A stretch of DNA of 50,481 nt from an uncultured Rhodospirillales bacterium (GTDB taxonomy: Bacteria > Pseudomonadota > Alphaproteobacteria > Acetobacterales > Acetobacteraceae): NCBI GenBank assembly GCA_903891315.1, contig CAITEF010000248.1, positions 1-50,481 of the forward strand. The letters run 5' to 3'. This document shows, in pieces, positions 7,788 to 16,810 of the stretch. Below the pieces are notes generated by a model, which made no database searches, was not told where the DNA came from, and worked only from the letters and a program-made list of their open reading frames with translations. The position numbers and the translations under genes were made by a program. The number at the start of each line of letters is the position of its first letter. Positions within the stretch are counted from its first letter, which is position 1.

Positions 7788-9574
7788 TGCAGGCACGTCA
7801 GGCAAAGCCGTCGATTTCGATCCGCTCGGCGGTGATCCAAATGGGGCTGTTCGCGTTGCTGGGGACGGCGATCATTCTGTTCTACGGCGATGGGCCGGAG
7901 CAGGAGACGGTGTCGATCACGCTGATCTACATCACCTATGCCGCCGCCTGGAATATTGTGGCGGGGTATGGTGGGCAGTTCACCTTCGGCCATGCGGCGT
8001 TTTTCGGCATCGGCGCCTATGCGGCGACGCTGTTCACCATCTGGATCGGCTTGCCGCCATTCTTCGGGATTTGGATTGGCGTGGTGGTGGCGGCGCTGAC
8101 GGCGACCGGGATTGGGCTGATCACGCTCAAGCTGCGTGGCCTCTATTTCGGGCTGGTGACGGCGGTGTTCCCCATCGTGTTCGCGGTGGTGTTCACCTAT
8201 CTCGGCTTCCAGGAAGTCTCGGTGCCGTTCAACCCGAATGCGGGATTGGCGTATTTCATGCCGGATGATCCGCGCGTGCTCTCGGGTGCAGCACTGGCGG
8301 CGGCGTTGCTCGTCGGTGTGGTGACAGTGGTGCTGGTGCGCTCGAAATTCGGCCTGTTCCTTGGGGCGTTGCGGGCGGACCAGGATGCTGCCGAGGCGAG
8401 CGGGGTGGCGACGACGCGGATGAAAATCTACGCCTTGGCGCTGAGTGCCGGGCTGAGCGCGATTGCGGGCGGGCTGTATGCGAGTGCGGCGCTGGTGGTG
8501 ACGCCTGCCGATACGTTCGGCGCGCAGATGTCGGTCAAGCCCGTGCTGTTCAGCGTCTTCGGCGGGATCGGCACGTTGATGGGGCCGGTGGTGGGGGCGG
8601 CGGTGTTGGTGCCGTTGTCCGAGGCGTTGACCGCGCATTTCGGCGCCTCGCTGCCGGGGCTGAGCGGCTTGGTCTATGGCGGTTCGTTGCTGCTGGTGAT
8701 CACGCTGTTCCCGGCGGGGCTGGTGCCGGTGATATCGGGTTTCGTGCGCAGGCAAATGGAGGGCGGTGCCGCCGTGCGGACCATCTCCGAGCATGGCAGC
8801 GCCTTGGTTCCAGACGAGGCGCGTGTTGTCGCGTTGCCGGGTGGGCCGCCGATCCTGGAGGTCCATGATGTCTCCAAGGCATTCGGCGGCACGCGGGTGC
8901 TGGTCGATGTGAGCTTTCAGGTCGAGCGCGGCGAGATCTTGGGCGTGATCGGCCCCAACGGCGCGGGCAAGACCACGCTGTTCAACATCATCAACGGCTT
9001 CCTGAAATCCGACGCGGGGCGGATCCGGCTGTCGGGACAGGATGTGACATTGCTGCGCCCCTCGCTGATCGCCCAGGCCGGGATCGGGCGGACATTCCAG
9101 ACCGCGCGGGTGTTCACCAATATGTCGGTGATCGAGAACGTGATGGTCCCCGCTGCCGTTCGCTGCGCGCACCATGCCGAAGCGCATGATTCGGCGGTGC
9201 ATTGTTTGGCCGAGGTCGGGCTGTCCGAGCAGGCGCATCTGCCGGTGGATGGGCTGACGACGGGGGAATTGCGCCGTCTCGAACTCGCCCGTGCGATGGC
9301 CACTGCCGGGCCGCGCGGGCTGCTGCTGCTCGACGAGTTCCTCGGCGGCCTGAATGCGGCCGATAGCGGCGTGCTGCTCGCCTCGTTGCGGCGTTATCGC
9401 GCGGGTGGCGGCTCTGTGCTGGCCATTGAGCACACGATGCGGGCGATGGCGGGGTTTGTTGACCGGTTTGTCGTGCTCGATTTCGGCAAGGTGATCGCCC
9501 AGGGCCTGCCAGAGGAAATCTGGCGCAACCGAGAGGTCGTCAAGGCCTATCTCGGCGATAAATGGGTGGCCTGA
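7784..9574 (+). CDS. Fused LivM-like permease and LivG-like ATPase
   Basis: A single 596 aa frame. The N-terminal ~330 aa form a membrane domain. It then continues LEVHDVSKAFGGTRVLVDVSFQVERGEILGVIGPNGAGKTTLFN (Walker A) and LLLLDE (Walker B). The start overlaps the upstream stop (ATGA). Confidence 0.85.
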   Translation: MMQARQAKPSISIRSAVIQMGLFALLGTAIILFYGDGPEQETVSITLIYITYAAAWNIVAGYGGQFTFGHAAFFGIGAYAATLFTIWIGLPPFFGIWIGVVVAALTATGIGLITLKLRGLYFGLVTAVFPIVFAVVFTYLGFQEVSVPFNPNAGLAYFMPDDPRVLSGAALAAALLVGVVTVVLVRSKFGLFLGALRADQDAAEASGVATTRMKIYALALSAGLSAIAGGLYASAALVVTPADTFGAQMSVKPVLFSVFGGIGTLMGPVVGAAVLVPLSEALTAHFGASLPGLSGLVYGGSLLLVITLFPAGLVPVISGFVRRQMEGGAAVRTISEHGSALVPDEARVVALPGGPPILEVHDVSKAFGGTRVLVDVSFQVERGEILGVIGPNGAGKTTLFNIINGFLKSDAGRIRLSGQDVTLLRPSLIAQAGIGRTFQTARVFTNMSVIENVMVPAAVRCAHHAEAHDSAVHCLAEVGLSEQAHLPVDGLTTGELRRLELARAMATAGPRGLLLLDEFLGGLNAADSGVLLASLRRYRAGGGSVLAIEHTMRAMAGFVDRFVVLDFGKVIAQGLPEEIWRNREVVKAYLGDKWVA

Positions 9575-9575
9575 G

Positions 9576-10286
9576 ATGCTCGAAATCGACAATCTCTCTG
9601 TGGCTTACGGTTCCGTGCGGGCGCTGGCCGGTGTGTCGATCTCGCTCGGAGTGAACGAGTTCGTCTCGATCATCGGGCCGAACGGGGCGGGCAAGACCAC
9701 GCTGCTCAAGGCGATCTGCAACGCGGTGCCGTGGCAGGGCGGTGATATCCGCATCGATGGTAAATCGATCCGTGGCTTGGCGCCGTGGGACATCGCGCGG
9801 ATGGGCATCGCCCATGTGCCGGAAGGTCGGCGGGTGTTTGGGCAGATGACGGTTGAAGAGAATCTGCTCGTCGGCGGGATGACGCGCCGCGTCAACAAGG
9901 GGCGGCTCGACGACGTCTACACGCTGTTCCCCCGGCTGTTGGCGCTGCGCAAGCGCCGCTCGGTGACGATGAGTGGCGGCGAGCAGCAGATGCTGGCAAT
10001 TGGCCGCGCGCTGATGTCCAAGCCGCGTCTGCTGATGCTCGACGAGCCGTCGATGGGCCTCGCCCCGCTGCTGGTCGAGCAGGTGTTTCACCACATCACC
10101 GAATTGTTCAAAGGCTCGGAGCTTTCGGTGTTGCTGATCGAGCAGCGTGTGACCGAAGCGTTGGAGGCGTCGCAGCGCAGCTACGTGCTCGAGCAGGGCC
10201 GGGTGGCGATCAGCGGCGATGCCGGGGCGATGCTCAACAACGCGGATATTCAGAAAGCCTATCTCGGCATGGGAGCGGATGCGTGA
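9576..10286 (+). CDS. Branched-chain amino acid-type ABC ATPase (LivF-like)
   Basis: 236 aa with GPNGAGKTTLLKAI, LSGGEQQMLAIGRAL and LLMLDEPS. Confidence 0.9.
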   Translation: MLEIDNLSVAYGSVRALAGVSISLGVNEFVSIIGPNGAGKTTLLKAICNAVPWQGGDIRIDGKSIRGLAPWDIARMGIAHVPEGRRVFGQMTVEENLLVGGMTRRVNKGRLDDVYTLFPRLLALRKRRSVTMSGGEQQMLAIGRALMSKPRLLMLDEPSMGLAPLLVEQVFHHITELFKGSELSVLLIEQRVTEALEASQRSYVLEQGRVAISGDAGAMLNNADIQKAYLGMGADA

Positions 10287-11530
10287 TGGATTCTCTCGTC
10301 TCGAATGCACAGCAAAACCGGGCGACAGGCCCGCTCACTGGAATGCTGGTGCTCGATTTTGGCCAGGCTGCTGTCGGTCCCATCGCCGCCGAATATCTCG
10401 GCATGATGGGGGCGACGGTGATCAAGCTGGAATCCCCGAAAGGTGACACGGTGCGCTCTGGCGTGCCGACGATGAAGGGGACCAGCACGACCTATCTGGG
10501 CAACAATCTCGGCAAGTTCGGCATTGTCGTCGATCTGAAGAAGCCCGAGGGCAAGGCGCAGGCCAAGGCGCTGATCCAGATCGCCGATGTGCTGATCGAG
10601 AATTTCCGCAGCAATGAGGTGATGGTGCGCCTCGGGCTGGGGCCAGACGTGCTCAAGGCGCTCAATCCCGGCCTGATCTATGTGTCGTCATCGGCTTATG
10701 GCGCGGGCGGGCCGCTGGACAATATGCGCAGCAATGAGTGGCTGACCGAAGCGTTCAGCGGCTTCACGTCGGTCTGCGGTGCCAAGGGTGCTGCGGGCGA
10801 GTTCTCGCGCGGCACCGCCAACCTCGACTGGAATGGGGCGATGGTGAACACCGTTGCCTTGCTCGCCGCATTGGTCCGCCGGGCGCGGAGCGGGTCGGGA
10901 GGGGCCTATATCACCTCGCAGCTTGGATCGTCGCTCTATGGCGGCACCACACGATTTGCCGATGTGCTGGCCGGGAGGTCTGATCCCGGCACGCTCGGCT
11001 CGGGCACGCCGCATATCGTGCCGGATGAGGCGTTTCAGGCCTCCGATGGTTGGGTCGCGGTGAGCGCGCCGACGCATGGCTGCTGGACCAGGCTCTGCGC
11101 CGCACTCGGTCGCGACGATCTGGCTGCCGATCCTCGCTTTGCGAACAATGCAAAGCGGCTCGCCAACCGGGACGCGCTGTCGGCGCTGCTAGCCGGGATC
11201 TTTGCCACCGCGTCCTCGGCTGACTGGGATTCACGACTCGCTGCCGCCGATGTGCCGCACGCGAAGGTGCCGCAGAACATGACTCTGCTGGAGGCGATGG
11301 ACTCGCATCCGCAGATCCATGCCGAGGAACTGGTGCGTCGGGTTCCCAGTCATTACGGCAGCCTCGCCACCCAGGCTCCGCATTGGCGGTTCGAACGTAC
11401 CCCGGCCAGCATCGCCGGAGGGCCGCCATTGCTGGGAGAGCACACCGAACTCGTGCTCGCCAATCTTGCCGACAAGCAGACACTGATCGCGGCCCTCGAA
11501 GCCTCCCGCACCAAGGAGGTGGTGGCATGA
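10286..11530 (+). CDS. Family III CoA-transferase (CaiB/BaiF), first of a tandem pair
   Basis: LVLDFGQAAVGPIAAEYLGMMGATVIKLESPKGD N-terminal signature. The ATG at 10286 shares 1 nt with the upstream TGA. The ORF track lists a GTG at 10283. Confidence 0.85.
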   Translation: MDSLVSNAQQNRATGPLTGMLVLDFGQAAVGPIAAEYLGMMGATVIKLESPKGDTVRSGVPTMKGTSTTYLGNNLGKFGIVVDLKKPEGKAQAKALIQIADVLIENFRSNEVMVRLGLGPDVLKALNPGLIYVSSSAYGAGGPLDNMRSNEWLTEAFSGFTSVCGAKGAAGEFSRGTANLDWNGAMVNTVALLAALVRRARSGSGGAYITSQLGSSLYGGTTRFADVLAGRSDPGTLGSGTPHIVPDEAFQASDGWVAVSAPTHGCWTRLCAALGRDDLAADPRFANNAKRLANRDALSALLAGIFATASSADWDSRLAAADVPHAKVPQNMTLLEAMDSHPQIHAEELVRRVPSHYGSLATQAPHWRFERTPASIAGGPPLLGEHTELVLANLADKQTLIAALEASRTKEVVA

Positions 11531-12576
11531 GCGCCGACACAATGCTGGCCGGATTGCAGGTGCTGGAAATTGCCGAGGGCATCGCGGGGCCGATGGGTGG
11601 CAAGGTGTTTGTCGATCTCGGTGCCAGCGTCACCCGCATCGAGAAGCCGGGTGGCGACTGGCTGCAGGAAGCCGCCGCCGAAGGTGAGCGGAACGAGGCT
11701 TACCTTCAGCTCAACGCGGGCAAGCAGACCCTGACCATCGACCTCAAATCCGATGCCGGGCGTGCACACCTCGACGATCTGATGGCCAAGGCCGATATCT
11801 GCATCCTCGGCGTCCGCCGCTCCAAGCTGGAAAAGCTGGGATTGGCACCGGAGCGGCTGCGCGCAATCTCCCCCGGCATGATCCTCTGCCACGTCTCAGG
11901 CTGGGGCAGTTCTGGGCCGATGGCCGACATGGCGGCGAGCGAACTCGCCGTCCAGGTCGCCGCCGGTTTCACCCGTTATCTCGGCACGCCCGACTCCCCG
12001 CCAGTGCGGCAGGGCTTTGATCTCGTCGCCGTCGACACCGGCATCGCTGCCGTCCAGGCCATTCTCGCCGCCCTGTTGTGGCGCGAGCAGAGCGGGCAGG
12101 GGCAATTGGTTGAGGTCTCGATGCTGGAGACCGCGATTGCGCTGATGCAATGGGACACCACGGCGTTCTCCGGCCCGGAGCGTTGGGAGGGGCGTCAGCT
12201 CAATGGCCATATCGGGCCATCCGATCACGGCTATGAATGCGCCGATACGCGCTGCCTGATCGATCTGCGCAGCAACGAGGCGGCGTGGCCGTCATTGCTG
12301 CGCGATATCGGCTGTCTCGATCTGGCCGAGGATCCGCGCTTTGCCACCGAGGATGCGATCGATTTGCACGTCACCAAACTGCCCGCACTGACAGCGCCGG
12401 TGATGCGCAACTGGGCCTTCGCCGATCTCGAAAAACTGGTCCGTGACAAATATGACGGCACCATCGTGCCGATGCTCGACCTTGCCCAGGCCATCGAGCA
12501 CCCGCAGGTCCGCCATATCGGCGTGATCACCGACGGACCGATGCGCCGCATCCGCTTCCCGATGGATATCGTCTGA
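11527..12576 (+). CDS. Family III CoA-transferase (CaiB/BaiF), second of the tandem pair
   Basis: The internal ATG at 11527 gives MSADTMLAGLQVLEIAEGIAGPMGGKVFVDLGASVTRIEKPGGD and overlaps the upstream stop (ATGA). Confidence 0.85.
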   Translation: MSADTMLAGLQVLEIAEGIAGPMGGKVFVDLGASVTRIEKPGGDWLQEAAAEGERNEAYLQLNAGKQTLTIDLKSDAGRAHLDDLMAKADICILGVRRSKLEKLGLAPERLRAISPGMILCHVSGWGSSGPMADMAASELAVQVAAGFTRYLGTPDSPPVRQGFDLVAVDTGIAAVQAILAALLWREQSGQGQLVEVSMLETAIALMQWDTTAFSGPERWEGRQLNGHIGPSDHGYECADTRCLIDLRSNEAAWPSLLRDIGCLDLAEDPRFATEDAIDLHVTKLPALTAPVMRNWAFADLEKLVRDKYDGTIVPMLDLAQAIEHPQVRHIGVITDGPMRRIRFPMDIV

Positions 12577-13004
12577 TGAGCCTCACCCGCCCAATGCCGC
12601 GTGCCGACGCGCTCACCCAGGGATTCTGGGACGCCACCGCCGAAGGCCGCCTCGCCATCCAGCGCTGCGCCGCCTGCCGCACCTTCCAGCACCCGCCGCG
12701 CAAGATTTGCCAGGAATGTGGGCACCTTGAGGTCGCATTCGAGAATGTCAGCGGCAGAGGTCGGCTCTGGAGCTGGACGACGACGCATCACAACATCGTC
12801 GCGGGGTTTGAGGAGGCGCTGCCCTATCAATGCCTGCTGATCGAACTCGACGAGCAGAAGGGGCTCTTCGTGCTCTCCGATCTCGCCGACCGCAGCATCG
12901 AGGCGGAGTTGAAACTCGGCATGAAGATGCGCGTGGTGTTCTCCGAACCTTTGGCCAATGGCGCCGTGCTGCCGCAATTCGAGCCGGATGGAGAAGGCGC
13001 ATGA
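12576..13004 (+). CDS. DUF35 Zn-ribbon/OB-fold protein (BbsA/ChsH2 C-terminal domain-like)
   Basis: 142 aa with a CAAC...CQEC four-Cys ribbon followed by an OB-fold-like segment. Its ends overlap both neighbouring genes. Confidence 0.8.
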   Translation: MSLTRPMPRADALTQGFWDATAEGRLAIQRCAACRTFQHPPRKICQECGHLEVAFENVSGRGRLWSWTTTHHNIVAGFEEALPYQCLLIELDEQKGLFVLSDLADRSIEAELKLGMKMRVVFSEPLANGAVLPQFEPDGEGA

Positions 13005-14185
13005 CCTGGGCACACAAGGGCAAGATCGCCATTGCGGGCGTTGGCTTCTCGGAGATCGAACGTCGCACCAGCCGTCCGCTCGGCACCCACGCGCTGATGG
13101 CCGCCGACGCGGCCTTGGCTGATTGCGGGCTGGGCTATGACGATATTGACGGGCTCGCGACCTACCCGCTCGCCCCGTTCCTCGGAGCGCTGCAACGCGA
13201 CGGTGAGGATGTGATCAATGTTGGCTTCTTCCTGTCGCAACCTCGGATGAAGAATGTCGTCTGGTATTCCCAGGCGGGCGAAGGGCTGGTGGCGACCGCT
13301 TTGCGCGACGCGACGAACGCTTTGATCGCGGGCGCTTGCAATTACGTGCTGGTCTGGCGCGCGATGTATGTGCCGCCTGGGACCTATGGTCGGGCGGCGA
13401 TGCGTGAGGCGGGGGGCGATCAGCAATTCACAGCACCTTGGGGCTGCATGAGTCCGCTGCAATGGCATGCGCTGCGCTATCGGAACTACCTCGAAACCTA
13501 CGGCAAGACGCGCGAACAGATGTCGGCGCTGGTGCTCAACTCGCGTGCCAACGCCAACAAGAACCCGCACGCGATCTTCCATGATCGGACGTTGAGCCTG
13601 GAAGACTACCAAGCCGCCCGGATGATCTCCGACCCGCTTTGTCTGCTCGATTGCGACGTGCCGGTGACCGGCTGTGTGGCGATGGTGCTGACCACCGCCG
13701 AGCGGGCGCGCGATATGAAGAACAAGCCCGCTTACGTCGCCGCCATCGGGCAGCAGACGGCGGTTCATGCGGCGCGGATCAGCTACACCACGTTTGACCA
13801 TTTCGACTGCGGCAAGCCGTTGGCGGATCGGTTGTGGCGCGATGCCGGGTTTGGTCCGCGCGATCTCTCGGCAGGCGAGCTGTATGACGGTTTTGCGCCT
13901 TCCACACTCTACTGGCTCGAATCCGCCGGGTTCTGCGGGCGCGGCGAGGCGCTCGATTTCATCCAGGATGGCCGCATTGCCATCGGCGGCGAGATGCCGA
14001 TCAACACGTTCGGCGGCAGTTTGAGTGAGGGGCGGCTGCACGGCATGGGCCATGTTGCCGAGGCGGTGGCGCAGCTCACCGACCTTGCCGGGCCGCGCCA
14101 GATTCCCGGTGCGAGCGCCATCGGCGTGTTCGACGGCTCGCCGATGCTGCGCGGCTCGGCGCTCATTCTGACCCGCGATCCCTGA
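13001..14185 (+). CDS. Thiolase-fold protein (SCP-x/DUF35-associated type)
   Basis: The ATG at 13001 gives MTWAHKGKIAIAGVGFSEIERR...INTFGGSLSEGRLHGMGHV. This is a thiolase-like N terminus with the GG.LS.G motif. Confidence 0.8.
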   Translation: MTWAHKGKIAIAGVGFSEIERRTSRPLGTHALMAADAALADCGLGYDDIDGLATYPLAPFLGALQRDGEDVINVGFFLSQPRMKNVVWYSQAGEGLVATALRDATNALIAGACNYVLVWRAMYVPPGTYGRAAMREAGGDQQFTAPWGCMSPLQWHALRYRNYLETYGKTREQMSALVLNSRANANKNPHAIFHDRTLSLEDYQAARMISDPLCLLDCDVPVTGCVAMVLTTAERARDMKNKPAYVAAIGQQTAVHAARISYTTFDHFDCGKPLADRLWRDAGFGPRDLSAGELYDGFAPSTLYWLESAGFCGRGEALDFIQDGRIAIGGEMPINTFGGSLSEGRLHGMGHVAEAVAQLTDLAGPRQIPGASAIGVFDGSPMLRGSALILTRDP

Positions 14186-14203
14186 TTCGGAAGGAAGCTC
14201 CTC

Positions 14204-15163
14204 ATGTCCAACCCCATCCCGCTCTATGCCGATCTGCCGGTGATCGAAGAGACCGGCGAGCATCATTCATGGGACGTGTTCGGTCGAACGGACGAACTCG
14301 GCACGCTGAATTTCCTACGCCCGGAAACCGTCGCCGCCGCCGCCCATGCGGTGAAGGACGGGCGTGTTGTCTGTCTCTCGCTGCCGCTGAATCTGCCCTA
14401 TCCGGCTCTCGCCCGCGCGCGTCCGCCCTACACCCACACCGTCACCCGCACCCGTGGCGGGCGCGATGATTCGTTGAGCGGCTTTTTCCTGCAGGCCTCC
14501 AGCCAATGGGACGGACTGCAGCACATCCGTTATCGCGAGTTCGGCTATTACGGCGGGCGCGAGGAGGAGGAACTCGATACCGGTGTGCTCGGCATCCACG
14601 TGATGGCGCAGAAGGGCATCATCGGGCGCGGCGTGCTGATCGATGTGGCGCGCTACGCCCAGATCAAAGGCCTCGAATACAGCCCGACAAAGCGTTTTCC
14701 GGTCAGCCCTGGGATGTTCGAGGAGATCCTGGCCTTCCAGGGCACCACGCTCAAGCACGGCGACATCCTGATCCTGCGCACCGGCTGGCTCGGCTGGTAT
14801 CTCTCGCTCGACCAAGCGGGTCGCGAGGACATGCAAGGACGCCAGAAGGGCGGCGAGGGCGGCATGCAATGCCCTGGTTTCGAGCCGAGCACCGCAATGG
14901 CGGGCTGGCTGTGGGATCACCGGATCGCGGCGGTGGCCGCCGACAATCCGGCGCTGGAGACGATGGAGGTCCGCAGGGAAGAGGGCTTCCTGCATCGCCG
15001 CATTCTCTCGTTGCTCGGCATGCCGATTGGTGAGTTCTTCTTGGTTGAGGAACTCAGCGAGGCCTGCGCCGCGCGTGGCGATTGGAGCTTCATGCTCACC
15101 TCCGCCCCCCTCAACCTGCCCGGCGGCGTCGGTTCGCCAAACAACGCCTACGCCATTCTCTGA
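14204..15163 (+). CDS. Cyclase-family protein (PF04199-like hydrolase)
   Basis: 319 aa with GTLNFL...AVKDGRVVCLSLPLN...QWDGLQHI...GDILILRTGW, the pattern of the putative-cyclase family. The RBS is GGAAGGAAG. Confidence 0.7.
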   Translation: MSNPIPLYADLPVIEETGEHHSWDVFGRTDELGTLNFLRPETVAAAAHAVKDGRVVCLSLPLNLPYPALARARPPYTHTVTRTRGGRDDSLSGFFLQASSQWDGLQHIRYREFGYYGGREEEELDTGVLGIHVMAQKGIIGRGVLIDVARYAQIKGLEYSPTKRFPVSPGMFEEILAFQGTTLKHGDILILRTGWLGWYLSLDQAGREDMQGRQKGGEGGMQCPGFEPSTAMAGWLWDHRIAAVAADNPALETMEVRREEGFLHRRILSLLGMPIGEFFLVEELSEACAARGDWSFMLTSAPLNLPGGVGSPNNAYAIL

Positions 15164-15177
15164 ACGGATTGCTTGTT

Positions 15178-16809
15178 ATGACGACTTTAACCGCTGCCGA
15201 TATTGTCGCCCCCAAGCGAGACGAGACCATTCCCGGATTGCTGCGCGCAGCCGCTCGGGCGATGCCGGAAAAGCCGTTCGTTATCCTGCCCGATCACGGC
15301 GGCATGCGGATCAGCTACGCCGCCACCCTCGACGGTGCCGAACGCGTCGCGCGGGCGCTGGCGGCTGGTGGGGTGCCGAAGGGCGGGCGGATTGCGCTCT
15401 ATCTGCCCAATGGCCCGGCCTATATCTGGGCCTGGATGGGCACGCTGGTCGGTGGTGCGGTCGATGTCGGGGTTAATCCTGGCACGCGTGGCCAAGCGCT
15501 GGCCTATGCGCTCAACAAGGCGCGGGTGGATGCGGTGCTGACGGACGCGGACGGTCTGGCGGGGCTCGCCACGGTCGGCGAGCTTGCCGTCTCGCCCATG
15601 GTGTTCGTGCTTGGCGACAAGGGCCCAACCATGTCGATGCGGGCATGGGGCGACTGGGCCTCGGCTGGCAGTGAGCCGGATGCGAGTGCCATCATGCTGC
15701 CGCCGGATGCGAGCCCATTGGTCACCGCCTCGATCCGATTCACCTCGGGCAGCACCGGCTTCCCCAAGGGCGTGATGATGTCGCAGGCGCATATGTTGGC
15801 CAGTGCGAAGATGTTCAATTTCATGACCGGCTTCGGGGCGCAGGACGTGTTGTTCACCTGCTTCCCGGTGCATCACGTGCTCGCCACCGTGACCGGCATT
15901 CTCGCAGCCCTGTGCGGTCAGGGCACGCTGGTGATGACGAAGAAATTCAGCGCCAGCCGGTTCTGGGATCTGGCGCGCAGCTACGGTGTGACGGTCTCGC
16001 ACGCGCTCGATGCGCAAGTGGCGATCCTGCAATCGCTGCCGGAGACGCCGCAGGATCGCGATCACAAGATCCGGGTGATGTACACCGCAGCCTCCCCGTT
16101 CCCGGTGTTCGAGGAGCGCTTCGGGATTCGCATCATCCCGCTCTTCGACATGAGCGAGCTGACGGTGGTTGCCTATTACCCGCAGGGCTTGGCGCGTCGT
16201 CCCGGCAGTTGCGGCATCTCGTCCTCGCTGTTCGACATCGCCATTGTCGATGAGGACGATTACGCGATGCCGCCGGGCGAGGAAGGACAGATCGTCGTCC
16301 GCCCGCGCGTGCCGCATGTGATGATGCTGGGCTATTTCGACGATGCGGATCGTACCGTCGAAGCCTGGGGCAATCTGTGGTTCCACACTGGCGACCGCGG
16401 GATGCTCGATGCGGATGGCTATCTTTATTTCAAGGGCCGTCTTGGCGACCGCATCCGCCGACGCGGTGTGAATGTCTCGGCGACCGAGTTGGAATCGGTG
16501 GCCGCGCGTCATCCGGCGGTGGCCGAGGTCTCGGTGATCGGCGTGCCTGCCTCGCTGGCGGAAGACGATATCAAGATCTGTGCGAGCCTGAAGGAAGGCA
16601 TGAGCCTCACCCCCGAGGCGCTGCTCGCACATATGGCTGCCGAACTGCCCGCATATCTGATTCCGCGCTACGTCGAACTGCGCGCGAGCTTCCCGCGCAC
16701 CGACACCGACAAGATCCGCAAGGCCGGTCTTCGCGCCGAGGGCGAGCGCGGGCTGACCGAGACCACCTGGGATTCCAGCACCGGCGCGCTGTGGCGCAAG
16801 GATTCATAA
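15178..16809 (+). CDS. AMP-dependent acyl-CoA synthetase/ligase (ANL superfamily)
   Basis: Internal ATG at 15178 (MTTLTAADIV...). It carries FTSGSTGFPKG, WFHTGDRG and PRTDTDKIRK motifs. Confidence 0.85.
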   Translation: MTTLTAADIVAPKRDETIPGLLRAAARAMPEKPFVILPDHGGMRISYAATLDGAERVARALAAGGVPKGGRIALYLPNGPAYIWAWMGTLVGGAVDVGVNPGTRGQALAYALNKARVDAVLTDADGLAGLATVGELAVSPMVFVLGDKGPTMSMRAWGDWASAGSEPDASAIMLPPDASPLVTASIRFTSGSTGFPKGVMMSQAHMLASAKMFNFMTGFGAQDVLFTCFPVHHVLATVTGILAALCGQGTLVMTKKFSASRFWDLARSYGVTVSHALDAQVAILQSLPETPQDRDHKIRVMYTAASPFPVFEERFGIRIIPLFDMSELTVVAYYPQGLARRPGSCGISSSLFDIAIVDEDDYAMPPGEEGQIVVRPRVPHVMMLGYFDDADRTVEAWGNLWFHTGDRGMLDADGYLYFKGRLGDRIRRRGVNVSATELESVAARHPAVAEVSVIGVPASLAEDDIKICASLKEGMSLTPEALLAHMAAELPAYLIPRYVELRASFPRTDTDKIRKAGLRAEGERGLTETTWDSSTGALWRKDS

Positions 16810-16810
16810 G

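Noticed and set aside
7547-9592. Very long minus-strand ORF (681 aa). Similar long antisense ORFs occur elsewhere: 590-2284 +, 12827-14266 -, 15187-16632 -, 16607-17785 -, 30464-31957 -, 39539-40996 +, 44377-45525 -, 46726-47862 -, 47492-48754 -.
   Set aside because: Their translations are Arg/His/Pro/Gly-rich with no recognisable motifs. Each lies exactly opposite a gene with clear family signatures. This is typical of shadow ORFs in high-GC DNA.
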